From: Raillietiella orientalis
Taxonomy: Eukaryota
Assembly: GCA_036172245.1 (NCBI GenBank)
Contig: JAYWIR010000001.1
Coordinates: 2,418,001-2,482,000 of the forward strand
DNA: 64,000 nucleotides
Direction: 5' to 3'
Position 1 is the first letter of the stretch; the number at the start of each line of letters is the position of its first letter. The notes beneath the pieces are model-generated. The model was not told the origin of the DNA, did not search any database, and worked only from the letters and a program-made list of their open reading frames with translations. This document shows positions 36,201 to 48,999 of the stretch, piece after piece. Made by a program: the position numbers and the translations under genes.

Positions 36201-39200
36201 TCCGGACCGGGAGAATGAGAAACCATTGAAGAATGGTTAGTTTGGATGGAAGAGTGATCTCATCAAGGGTACCTCGCTGCGGGGAATTGCATCCTCGATC
36301 TGTTTCCGGCGCGGGACCGTCAAAGCTCACCCGGTGTGGTGCAGTTCCTTGGAATCCTCGAAAGCATTTGAACGAATTTCATGATACCAATTTTTGCTGC
36401 CTTCCTCAAAATACAGCACAAGAAGCACCGTTATTCTGAAAATTGCTAAGAAACAGAAGCTCACAGTGCGCATCAATCTACACAATCCTAAATGAAGTAA
36501 CCTTAGTTATCCCAGCTGCACTGCGAATGAACTGTTCCTTTCTTGCTTGCTGCACGTGTCTTTTGGATGTCTGCGGTTACTGCTTTGAAACCTCCATGGA
36601 AAAGTTCCCGCAGACTCGATAACACCGCCTCGGAATTCTCTTTGTTCTCCACCATTCATCTATTCGCTCTACCCCTCTTGAATTTGCGAGCCCAGCACTG
36701 CCACTTCACATTCTTTACCATCCACAACAGATCGCGATCCGGAGCCAAGCGGAGAACTCATGACGATGCAACACTCCACAAAAGGAATCTCGTTTGCTTC
36801 TGCATCATCTGCGCTTGCGTTGCGAACTGAGTGATGACGTCTTTGTGACACAACTCATCGTCATTCCTGTCGTACTTTCTTTACTCACACAGTCACTGCA
36901 CACTGCCATCGGAGAAACTTTGCTGGGCAGCACTGCAAAAAGTTCGAGGTGCTATTTTCGAAAGAGCACCATTAGAACTGAATCTTCCACTTAGTCTTCC
37001 ATGCAGGGGAAGCGTCGATATCATGCTGACAGAACCTTTGTAAAAAAAAATGGATGGCAACACTGTGCAAGCACCGAGGAACTTTTGGCTTTCATCTGCG
37101 AACCTGAGCAGGTTTTCTAAGTCCATTGCAGAGATTTGAACTGAGGAGCCTTTCGGTTAATCATTCTTTGCTGCCTTTCCTAATGACATGCTCTGCACAA
37201 TTTTCCTCTTCCACGGAAAACATCAATGCAGCTTTTGTGAAACGCCGACACATCGAACTCACCCCCAATCGTTCCAACAACATCCGTTTTCTGAAGTGAA
37301 AATTATGCCTTTTCAGATTTCTGTTTTTCCTGTTGGGCATCAAAGAGTTCCAGCAAACATGGATCGCCAGTTTCCACACGCCCCTCGGATACCACCCACA
37401 AGTGGACCGCTCTGTATTCTTCTGCCTCTGCATTTCAATCCTAGCTTGGATTATTCTCAAGGGTGCTTTGTCTGATCCTCCGTTACATCAAGCACTCTTA
37501 GATAGAAGTAGCAAAGGAATGTTGTTGCTACTTGAAAAGGGTGTGGATGTCATTTTGGGAAACCAAGAGCGTCACAGTCCTTTGTATTCATTTGCCTCCT
37601 GGGAGACTTGTTCGGATTCCATTCAAATCCATGTGCTTACCTTTATCGCTTCTGGATGTAGGTTGTTCCTCAAAGTGAACGTTAGGTAAGTTCGGAATAC
37701 TATGAAGGTGAGTTTCCAATAAAAAAGTTCTCAATAAATTGTTCCCCTTACTTATAGAGACATGTGTTTATTCACCTGTGTACACCATCTGGTTCTTATT
37801 TTATGCTCTCTGTGCTCCTACACCACTTCGGCGATTTTTCATTCCCTATTGGGTCATAGGATAAGAGAAAACTCCACCTTGGGGGGTGGGAATCATCCAC
37901 CTTGCATGGTTTTTTGATGAGATCACATCGTTTGTATGAATAATAAGCCTGATCTGGTTATAGATATATATCACTATTTTGTACATGAGAGAGAGAGAGA
38001 TCTCGTTATCTGTATTCAAGGATGAAAAGGCAGGGTAATTCATCAAAACGAATATTTGCAATTAGAATATGCTCATTTCTCAATGATAAATAATATTCTT
38101 CCCGAATTAATACAATAACTTTTTTCTGTACACCGAGCCCGCAAGTAACATCTATTCTTTTTCCTTGTAGACAGGCATTCGTTAGGGAATGCGAAATGAA
38201 AAATGCAACTGCATAGTAGAAGGCATTTAAAGGATCTTTTCCTCCAATTACTCCTTGATTTTCAGTCCTTGATGTGGGATCCCTGCACAATGGAAGATGC
38301 CTTCTCATAAGACAGTATGTACATCTTCAGCGCCCCGTTTTTCTTTCTCTTCGAGTGATTTGGAAAAACTGCTTGAAAATCACTTTCACGTTGACAGTTC
38401 AAATAATGACAACCATAATTTTAAGAATGTTACATTGTGACATTACAGTACACTGTGACATTGTGACATTTTTATAGTGTGACATTACTACATAGTGACA
38501 TTTTAGTATAGTCTTTTGGAATAGAAACCAGTTGCACTTTTTGCCAAGTTCGTTGGGGTATGTTCAGCTTGGAAATATTGCTATATTCCTGATTCTCTGT
38601 TTCCAACAGCTTCCATTGGAGCTTGGCGTCCAAGAGGAAGTGCACTATGAGATGTTTATTTAGAGCATTTTCTAACCGTCTGATAGCTTGGTGCGCTGAA
38701 CGTTGACCAATTTAATAAGTTTGACCTTCACGAAAATGAAGTCGGAGTACGATCCATAACATGGTGGTCTTTCAAAATAACATTTGTATTTCCAATTTGT
38801 ATAGTACGAATAGTAGTTTTGAAAATCTTTTCACGGAGACAAATGAAAATACAGTCGTGAGCCCTGATGGGCTTAAGCAGCTTTTTTTTTTTGGTGTTTC
38901 TCAGGGCAACGGCGGTAGTGAATAGCCAACACTTACGGGAATGCCTAGCAGGAGGAGTGTCTCCTGACTCTAGGGAAACGTGAAGACTCTGTAAATTTCG
39001 CTGGTTTCGTTCAGTCTTTGCTGCTGAGAGTAAAATGGCCGTCCTGATTGATGAATCCAATGAAAAGAGAGTTAGAAAAAGTTAGAAAAACACCAAAGGG
39101 CTTTTTCAACCCTCACGTTACAAATGAAAGTGAACGCGCGTGGACGCGTGTGCCCTGTGGCGCATGGCATAGCACACACGGGAATGCACGTTTAAAACGA

Positions 39201-40899
39201 CTTGCTATTCGTCATCCACTCTGCACACCATACATTTTCAGACGTGCACCGGGAGTATTATACACATCTTCGAATTGCATCTTACTATATCTCTGTGCTC
39301 TTCCATGGCGACTTGCGTGAAAAGAGGAAAAAGAGTTACCTTTTCTCAAATCACTACGCTTTCCACATATATCAAAGAAATGAGTCTTCCGCTCATGCCA
39401 AGCCACGCCATTTGCATCTCTGCAGCTCATAAATGCACAGGAAATCTTGCATTTCGTTCCCAAGGGTTCCGAAATTTGTTTACGCAAAGCACTTCTGAGT
39501 GAACGGAAATCGGCTGCTGCCTTCTCATGCAGCCCAGTAACCGAAGAATTAGCCTTTGGTGTACTTCAAGATGCTTATGGATGAACAAAGAGTTTTTGGA
39601 CCAACATGAGGTGGATAGGAAGAAACACACAGCAATACCAGCGAAGCTCATTGAGCGTTGCTATTGGTAACTAATTCAGATCTCCTCAGGAAACTCTCTG
39701 AGCAGACTTTCGCTTGCATGCCCATTACAGTGCTTCATTTACATCTGTCACACATGAAGATGATTACGAATGAGGAGATACCGAAAACCGATATTACGTT
39801 ATCCCGCATGTTCCCGAAACCGAATGATGCAAGCCGTCTTCTACTTATCTCGAGATAAAATCGAGGAACCAGCTTCTATTTTGGTGACCTCCGATAGTTT
39901 CCACTTTTCACATTTTCTCCTCACAATATCAGAGATTGTAGACTGCTTACTTAGAATCCGAGCATTTTGGATGCCTTTTCTAAAACTGTGCAGAACCTTT
40001 CACAACTGCGACGGTGAAGAACCGTAGTCCGATAACGCATTCTTTCTTGATCCATCGGCAATTTGTAAAAAAAAACAAATCGCATAATCCGATAACTACT
40101 TTTTTCCAGATAAATTTCTTAGCCTTTGCTTTTCTCTTTCGTTTCTTCCTCGAATCCCAGGATGCATTTTACGCGCCTCCGCAGCAAAGCTCTCATCTCT
40201 TCGTTACCATAGAGCGCTGCTTCCCAAAACGATAATGGGACTCAAGCGGGAAGGAATTTTGAACCATTCGAGGGGACTGTCCGAAGTGAGAGGGTTTTTC
40301 TCCGTGAAGGTGTCAGACTCAACACCACCAGCGACACGCGCTTCGAAGGTGTGCTGTGTAGTGTTGCTAGTGGTCAACCTTCCTGCAGGACTCTCATCTG
40401 CTCTGCTTCTGGAATTGTCGCTTGTTTGGTTTGCTATTCGTTGCCCTGGACATCAGGTTTTGCGTGTGTTCAGTGCTCAGGTGCATCGACGAAATGGATT
40501 TCCAGTTGGTGGACGCGCCAAGTTTCTCATCGCATCGTCGACTCTGGCCATCGGCCATGGTGAGCCCTTTCAGCCGAGTATGGGCGCGTATGAGCTGACT
40601 TCATTTGGGTACCCTCCCTTGGAAAACGCGGATTCAATGCCGATCAAAAGGAATTCGGTACTGAAGCAGAAATAATGGTTGATGGGAGGAGATAAGGAAC
40701 GAGACTTTCGTCATTCAAAAGTTACCTTTTACGAGTTTGTGCATCGATCCTTCCATCCTTAAGGAGCGATTCCTCTTTCGAATAAAGACGCATGAAGAGC
40801 AGCAATGAAGATGCGGGACGAGAGGGGGTGGAAGTGAACTACTCCTGTGGTTTAATTCGAGTGGATGGGTGCATTTGGTATTGACACAGGGGCGAATTC

Positions 40900-41242
40900 A
40901 ACAAAACATATTTAACACTTCTAAAACATTTACTTAAATTTTTTTAGAATTTTTAAATATCATCATAAAATGGAATCTATAATTAATTTCATAGTCTAAC
41001 CCTCAATAAACTCCAAATAAACACCAATCCCAACTTCCAAACTAATAAACCATCCCTTACCCAATTACATCCTTCAATACACGTTAAAATAAAATATATA
41101 GCTCTCAAACTTACTCTCCAAATAAATCCGTAACTGAACACTACTATAAAATAAAATTTTCTTAACCCATTAACGATTCCCTTTACACTATATTCCACTC
41201 ATTCTATTACTCATTAAATTAGCCTATTCCTTTAGGGGGTAC
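40900..41242 (-). pseudogene. Nuclear mitochondrial insertion (NUMT), nad2 3' part-like plus AT-rich flank
   Basis: Abrupt G/T-skewed AT-rich block. With the invertebrate mitochondrial code it reads WVMEWVEYSVKG...LLSVSLWN*, hydrophobic, preceded by a frameshifted VPP at ND2 PPxxxxxxKW spacing. Confidence 0.6.
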
Positions 41243-41749
41243 GGAGAGCAGCGACGTCTTGGAAGGTGTATTGCCTGTCGCTCTGGAGTAGGATTCGAGA
41301 TTTCGATTCCGTGGAAGATGTCGCGAAAGCATTGCCCAAGGCGAGGTAGAGAGATTGATTCAAGCAGAGGGCTGCCGTGACGCCACTCATCTTTGATTGC
41401 GTGGGTGTACCTAAGCATCGGTAGTGCATCGAATGCGTAGCGTTGGGGATCAGCATGGGAAAAAGAGGATGTACCTATTTCTCTTTAAATCGGAGTAGAA
41501 GTAATGGGCAGTGGCCATTTCTGATTCGAGTTCACAGGTTCGGTAGAATCGTTACTTCATGTGTGGCAGAATGAGGTTGGGTTTTATTTGGTAATGGTAC
41601 TGGCGAAGAGATGTTTACGATTCTTCGCGAACAAAGAAATGGGAAGAAGCTTTCTAGACGCAGAACGGTAGAAGGAGCGCCTATCGTCAAGGTGCCCATT
41701 GCGGGATTCGAGCACTAAGTGCCCATCGGGAAGTGGGAAGAAGGAGTAG

Positions 41750-43150
41750 CAGTGATGATTGCCGTCGTGATGGCAAGCTGCGAATTCGAACATCCATCGC
41801 TAAGGGGCAGCCACGTCTTTTGAGGTGCACAACACGCATGCAGAGAAGATGCTGCGTCCTCGTTTCGCGCTTGCATGGACAAAAGTAGCATCACGGTGGC
41901 TTCTTTCGGCTGCGCAAATTGGGGAACACGTAAACCGCAGCCATTCGTCGCAGGAGAAGACAAACCGTGCTCGAACAGCACTCGGAGGTATCCTGGTGTC
42001 TTCCAGAATATTTACTTTGGAAACTGATTGCGACGTACATGCAAGAGGCAGGAAAGGTTTCCTGGCTGCGAGCTGCGATCCGAAGGCCGCTGCCGTGCAC
42101 AGACCTGCAGCGAGATGCGCAAGACAAGCAATGCTGTCCGAGAGATCCTAGGTTGCCGTCGCCATAAACTGAAGCCATAACGCTTCAGATACTTCTGGAC
42201 GGAGGTGTCCGACGCGTTCAGCTACCGAAGACGAGCGCGACGTGCCGTTGGCAGCGGCAGCGAGGCACTGCCGGATTGACCAAGAGGCCTGCCTCATTCG
42301 AACGCACCTCGGACGAACGTAGGGGACACCCTGTTGGAAAAAAAGGGAGACGCTGCTGCAGCTGTCCGATGAAAGGAAGGCTGCCGATTTACCTGGCCTG
42401 CGGTCTGGGATCTGGTCGTTTGCTTCCCAAGTAAGCGCACCAATGAGAGTGAGCTGAGAGCTGATCGAAAGCTGTCTTCTGAAGAAAGACATGTCTCAGC
42501 AGATTCCAAACGCCTTGCTGGATGACTGTCGTTTACTGCCACGCTCACATGCCCTGCTGCAGAAGTACCAATCAAACATTTGCTCTATTTACTATGATGG
42601 AACCTGAAATAGAGGAGGGTCACTCAGTTTGCTGCTCGTTCCATTATTCGCGACCTGCTTCCAGGAGCTCCCATCTGTGCCATGCAAAGTCATTAATTTT
42701 CTTGGAAAACATCCACAGGTTCCTCCTTTCATTCTTCTATTTCACGAAAGCCAGTGACCACCTGAGAAGTTCAATTTCGATTCTCAAGATCAGCATGGCT
42801 TCCTTGAATGCTTGAAACAAATAGACGCCAGATCTCACCATCTGTACAACGCCGTATTTTCTGTTGAAGAGAGCTGGAAGAGGATTGTGTGGAAAAAATT
42901 CGGAAATTTTTGAATATTCAACAGCACTCCCAATGCATGCGATTTTCATGACAAATGGCGATATGATTGAAAATCTGCCTTTCCAGGAAGAAACGCTTTG
43001 TGCAACTGAAAATCGGTATGGACCTCTGGAGGCGGTGTACGGTAATATGATAGTGAAATGCAATCGAGATTTGCAATCGAGACTTTTCCACCATAGGGAA
43101 GAAGATTCGTTGAGCAGGAGCTCGACTCGGCGATCCGCGACCTGGACTGT
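41750..43150 (+). pseudogene. Possible decayed Rep/NS1-like (HUH + SF3 helicase) endogenous viral element
   Basis: Ordered degenerate motifs: EFEHPSLRGSHVF, SIYYDGT*NRG/TQFAARS, FILLFHE, AIFMTN and LQSRLF. Stops and frameshifts make this weak. Confidence 0.3.
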
Positions 43151-43559
43151 CAAACGGTCTAGAGTGCTCAAGGATGCTGTCGGTCAGTTCATAAAGTTGA
43201 CTACAGCAGGCATCCAACTCTTCTCTAGGGTTGACTTCGGCGACGAGACTGGCTATGCTGAGAAAGCACAATCTGGCAACAAACATATTTGGCATTCATC
43301 AGCAAAAACAGATGCGCCACACGGTGAAAGGGATCGTGGACGCATTCCAACGTCTGTATCCCTCCCACTTCCGAGGACGCCGATATTTGTCGACAAAGGA
43401 ACAAGAAGTCTTTCTGTGCATCTCGCAAAGATGACCATCCCCTCAAAAGCAAGCATGTCCATTAAAAGATCCCCACGGACAAAGAGAAGAGTGCGTCCGC
43501 GGGAATGCACAATGATGTGGCGGCAGGCCTTCAGGGTGCGCAGGCCTCGCACTACCAGC

Positions 43560-45130
43560 TACAAATTTTCTTCCTCTTTTCCCTTCCCGTTGACTTCTGA
43601 TCCATCCTTTTCTTCTCCACACCTCCTTCTTCGTCGCTCTCCTTGGAACCGCGCTCCGATGCCTCGTTGTTTCAGTTTCCAGTTCATCCTTTTGTACGTC
43701 CCCTGCCTTCCTTTGCTCTTTCAGCCTCTCTTCTTCCTCCCTTCCTCCCACTTTCATATTCGAACACCTCGCCGGCTTTCCGTTACCAGTTTGCGCAAGT
43801 TCTTTGCCCTATCCTCACTGCATCCTGTTCATCCCAACTCCATCGCTTCCTCCTCTGTTCCAGCCCGGTACACCAAAAGACAATAGGCATGCCTCCTAGA
43901 TTGGTTTATTCCTCTGGAAAGGCCCCTCTTCCGTCCAGAGCGGAATTCTCCTACACTGTCTTCATCCGGCGCCACGCCTCTGATTCCTGGAAGCGAAAAG
44001 ATATTGGCGAGCGCATCCGAATCCCTCGGCTTACCCACACCACCACGAGTGGTGGCTCGGAGCCGTTCTGGTGATCTCCCGAATCCCCGGGAAGGTTGCA
44101 TGACAGGCCCGTGGTGCCCCCCGACACATGTAGCCCGGCTCCTTCCCCTCGTCGTCGTCTCCATCCGGGGAATCCCACCACCTCCTCCTGGTCACCGTCG
44201 ATCTGCAAACAGACACAGGAAAGTCAGATGCCCGCCGACGCCCATGCATCAGGACCCACTTGCTTCCTAAACATCCAGATTGCGGAGGCTGCTCCCACTC
44301 CGCAGATCCATAACGTCTTCGCGGATGCCATTTCGGGCAAGGCTGACGATTAAGGGAGCACTCGAAAGGATCAGACTTGCTTCGAGGATTTCGTCTTCTG
44401 CTGCTGCTGCTCCTTGAATGAAGAGTTTCCTAGGAAACGTGCAAACACAGCATGGTCTCCGTCTGCCGAGTGATACTTTTGCGAGTGCCGCGCTACCCGT
44501 TTTCATGGAGCCTTCTCGGCACTCGGATCTCCATCTTGGATGGAAAAAGAGGAGGGGAGGGGGAGACCGTGATTTTTTGGCATTGAAATTTTCCGAAGAC
44601 GTTTTCCTGTTCTACGCTTCTTTTCGTCATTTCACCAACCTGCTTTGCTCGTTTCTTTCCTCTCGTTGTCTTTCCTCGTTCAACCTGTCACTCTTTCTTT
44701 TTCAAACGACCACCCTTCCTCTCTTTGTCCCCCTCTCCACTTGATTCGTGGTATTCGCTACCTACCTTTCTTTTCTCCCACTCTTCCCTCCAGCTTGGCT
44801 CCTTCTCCTCTTCCTTATCGAAGCAGTTTGTGTCCTCTGTCTTGCTCCCCTCTTTTTCTTCCTCTCAAGCTTTAGGAGCCCCCACCCCGAGAGTTTTCCA
44901 GTTTCCACCTCCGATATTTCTATCCCGCCAATTTCGCAGATGCTCTTCGCACTCACTCCTTTCTGCTCTTCCTGGCGCTCGCTCGATTTTCTTCTAGCGG
45001 CGAGTTCTAATTGTTCGTTTCTTGGCAACGACTCTCTTACACCTCGCCCTACACTTCCGCTCCAGTTGTGCTGATTGTCCTTCTCGCTGGTCATGGCACT
45101 TGTGCATTTCGGATCTCTCTTTTCGTCGTT
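43560..45130. repeat. Pyrimidine-rich (CT) low-complexity tracts (about 43560-43870 and 44600-45130)
   Basis: Visible CT bias on the plus strand. Confidence 0.6.
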
Positions 45131-46431
45131 TGGCTCGCTGTTCTCGGAATCTAGTGACGGCACTGAGTAGGGCTCTCACGGTATCATGTACCCCGATCGC
45201 ACGTGGCCTCCTTGCAATTGTATCTCAGAAAGATAGCTCCTGGAATCAACTCTGTAACGGGCATTATGTGACAGAGTCGACCAGAACTATTTTACTTCAC
45301 ACCAGCTTTGAGAGCCGCAAGGACATTAAGACAAAGTACTTGAAGACCTCTGCGTGTGCAACACTGTCTGATGCGCAACGTCATGACATATGGAAATCGG
45401 GAATTGTTGGAACCCTGGGGCACACAATGCCGCATGCCGTAGGAATCATCGTGAGATTGTGGAGCGCTGCTTGCGCTTCACGAAACGCGTCGCTGCTGAG
45501 ACAACCACTGAGGAGGGTAGCGACCGCCTCGTGAACTCTCTAACAAAGTTGCCCTCAGCAGCGTATGCTCTGAGAATACGTAGTTTCTCAGAGCTTTTCA
45601 GAGTCTTTTCAAATTTCAGAGTCTTTCAAATAGTTTCTTGCAGGATATGCCTGCAAGAAACTATTTTCCTAGGAGATTCTATATGTGCTCATTGGACTAC
45701 AGAAAGCTGCAGCCCCTGACTGTTACGTTTGGGCGCACGCCATCACTTGTGCCTATGTCACTGTGCACAAGGTTCCAGATTGAAATACCATGGGCTTTTA
45801 CAGAATGACCAGCACTCCATGCAAAAGCCCATGATAGTTCCAGCTGGAATCTCGTGCTCTTTCCTTAACCCCCTCCCCCTTCCCTCGAATACTGAAGACC
45901 ATCAAACAGAAGGTTCGTCTGGTTATGCGAGCACTGAAGCCTAGTTCTCAGGTTGCAAGTTCGTCCTCCGGGAACCAGAAGCACTAATGAATGCATTCGT
46001 GACTCTCTGTTGCTTCTGGCACCTTATTTGAGCTTGCCTGTGGAAACATAATGTGTGTTGCATTCCAGAACTTCACAAAAGGATGGACAGAAGGATCTAT
46101 TGAGATCATGCTTCATGAGTTCCATCAGATCCCCACTTGACTAGAGATTCTGTGACATTAGGAGACTGAGCACAGCCCACACTTAAACTGCATAAGCAGT
46201 TTCACAGACTGGGATCTGATGAGATTCAGGTTCCTCTCAGCAGAAACTGTCAGCTACAGGAATTCTCAAGAATGCAGTTGATCCATGGGACTCGCCCTAC
46301 TTGCAATTCAACCTTCGTTTTCCCTAGCAGAACTGGTCTTTGCTGCAAAAGAATGAGTGGAATTTCTGCCACCTGATCAGCTAGAAGGCTTGGCTGCAGT
46401 AGGCAATGAGCATCCAGCAATTTTAGTATAT

Positions 46432-46518
46432 GTACCTGCTTCGGCAGTACATATACTAAAGTTGGAATGATACAGAGAAGATAAGCATGGCCCCTGCGCA
46501 AGAATGACATGAAGCATC
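46432..46518 (+). pseudogene. U6: U6 snRNA pseudogene (retrocopy, 3'-defective)
   Basis: GTACCTGCTTCGGCAGTACATATACTAAAGTTGGAATGATACAGAGAAGATAAGCATGGCCCCTGCGCAAGAATGACA matches metazoan U6, including the ACAGAGA box and AGC triad. It has substitutions, lacks the 3' end and oligo-T, and has no evident upstream promoter. Confidence 0.93.
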
Positions 46519-46974
46519 TGGATCCAACTCACATAGGCCCAACCAATCAGGAATGTGGGGAAGGATGCAGCTTGAAAGTTATCACTGATCTCACCAATGG
46601 AAAGCATGCAGCTGACATCCCCCTCACCAAAACTTTGCAAGGAAGTATTTCCACAGGGCACCAACGGAAATGTCCTGCAACACAGCTAGAATGATGAAAC
46701 CTTTAAGCTAGTGGGTAATCAAGGATAATAATCAATCAAGGGTAATAAAATCGGTAATAATTTGCGCATCAGATATTTACTAATTTGGAAACACATCATG
46801 GGAAAAAAAAACAGTATTTACTGTATTTTAATTTGGACTGTGGCTACTCATGTTTGACATTTTTTGTTTAGAGCAAACCCAACTTTCACAACCTATTGCT
46901 ACCAACTCAATCACAGATTTAGTTCATAGGTAGTATTTATATGCAGATCACTCATTGGAACTTCAAAGGCATAT

Positions 46975-48144
46975 TCAATCTTCAGCATTCATGCCACTTC
47001 CGTATTCCTCAAATGTATCCACACCTCTCCTTGAATAACGATAGTATTTGGCCATCTCTGGGAGAAAATACCAAGCTTGATAATCTTCTCTGTTTGCCAT
47101 TAGTTCTTTAACCTTCTTTTCCAAATTCCTTTTTGTGCAATCAGTGTGTGTAAAATTAAGTGTACTATCTTTTTTTTGGCTTACCGAATCAATATTTTTT
47201 CTCCATGTTCATACCAAAAATGCATGTTTTTCTCATAGACTTGCTGTGGATTTGGTGTAATATATTTTGCAAAAAACCGTGAAATAGGATGCTGCCATGA
47301 ACAAGTAGAAAATTTACAGATAACCAGTATCCAATAGTCTTACTCTGATATATTCCCAATGTTGAGGTTCATACCCTTCTGGAATTTCTGTCAACACAGC
47401 AGGTCCAATAAAGATATTTGCATACAAGCTAATTAAAATCAGTGGTGCAAGACCTATAAAGGCATAAAAATAACACAGATCCTTCATTTTCAGCCAACCG
47501 AATTCACTTGACTTTACTTGCATTACACGAGGTCCATGACTAGAAAACCTCTTTCCTAACAGATGAAAAAAAAAAAAAATGAAGGAAGAAATTAAAAATT
47601 CAGTCTTCATAAGAACCCAAAGCAAATTATAAACATACTTTGGTAATAAAATTCGTTTTCTCAGAAAATATTACTGTTAAAATCTACACAAACCAGTGGT
47701 TTTTAATTGTTACTTCATGCAATTAAAAACCACAAACTAAGTGTTTGAGGTTATGATCCACTGTTCAAAGGAAAGCACGAAACACCATATTGTGATACAC
47801 TATTTAGGTTCCTACTTAAGATTTCTTTCATGTGAATTAAATGACATGTTTACCATGGGATTTGAATGTGTTGCTGAGTTTAACAGCAAATTTCTTAGAT
47901 TAAGGTATGTATTTGAGAAATATTTTGCATAAACTTGCAAATATTAAACGCATACGAGCCATATTTTGGCATACTCGAAACTGTTACTGAAACATAATTC
48001 CAATGTGTACAATGTTTTTATCTTCTAACCATGATCATAAATAGACATACCTTCAAATTGCAATCGTAGCTGTTTCATGTTAGAATAACATACTAGTTTT
48101 GTCAGTTCCTTTGTTCCTTTCATCACTTTACTTAGGCAGGCCAT
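46975..48144 (-). CDS. NDUFB5: NADH:ubiquinone oxidoreductase subunit B5 (SGDH)
   Basis: Spliced protein MACLSKVMKG...[35 protein letters not shown]...YEK...VKELMANREDYQAWY matches the NDUFB5 signature (IG.A.L.EIPEGY.P.HWEY.HPISR). ATG at 48144, TGA at 46975-46977, four exons. Confidence 0.93.
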
Positions 48145-48999
48145 TGTGCAAGTTTCAACAAAGAAGGTCGTAAACACTCAACCTATATAAATAAATCTGC
48201 TGCTTTAAAATAAGTTGATTGTTATTCATTATGATGTGGATCGATATTCCTACTATTCAATGAACTAATTATATAAAGATAAATTAAATTCATTTAAACA
48301 AGTCGTGCACGGCTCGTTCTAACAGTATACATAAATGAGAAACAAAATACAATTGGCTCTAGAACTCAAGAGTACTTGCTCTTTGAAAATTACAAGGTTT
48401 TCCATGAGCATCCCCGAAATAATATTTGCACTATATCAACAGTTAAGGATAGCCAAAGATTTAATCACTATTGGAATGGGTGACTGTTCTAGCCCAATAT
48501 TTGAAGTAACCCTATTGCATAAAGACCAAAATACGGTTTAACTCCGGATGAACAAAAGATGAACAAACATTGCACACAAACGCAATCAATTCTTCACGCA
48601 AAGTATCCTGAAATAAACATGTGCATACTGCACTGGCTTTTCATCTTAATATCTGATATTTAATAGAACCAGTTCTGTGCATACAAACATTGATAACAAA
48701 TTGCCGTAATCCTCTATCTATCAGGGAAGCCCCCTTCGGAGCATTCAAACGGAGCAATGGAACCCAAATCATCCAAACTCTTTTAGCAATAATATTGAAA
48801 TGCCTTCAAATGAAGAATCACAGATAAATAGTACTATACAATAGAAAGCGTACATAACAGAAAACGTCTCTCTTTTGTAATCTTAGATAAACGATTATGA
48901 AACAAGTTATCTTTAAACGTCTTCTGTAGCAATAATCTTTCGTATGATGATTTAAAATTCTAAATCATATCACAAAAGGGATGGAAAACAACACAAATT

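Noticed and set aside
46210-46250. CTGATGA...GAAA hammerhead-like core
   Set aside because: The required stems do not pair.
47850-47990. Possible extra NDUFB5 exon in intron 1
   Set aside because: Exon 1 splices in phase directly to the exon starting at about 47556 and gives a normal-length protein; the extra frame has no family similarity.
48640-48780. Short U2-like (ttaatatctgata) and U1-like (tccattgctcc, minus) words
   Set aside because: Matches are too short; no 5' ends, Sm site or overall structure.
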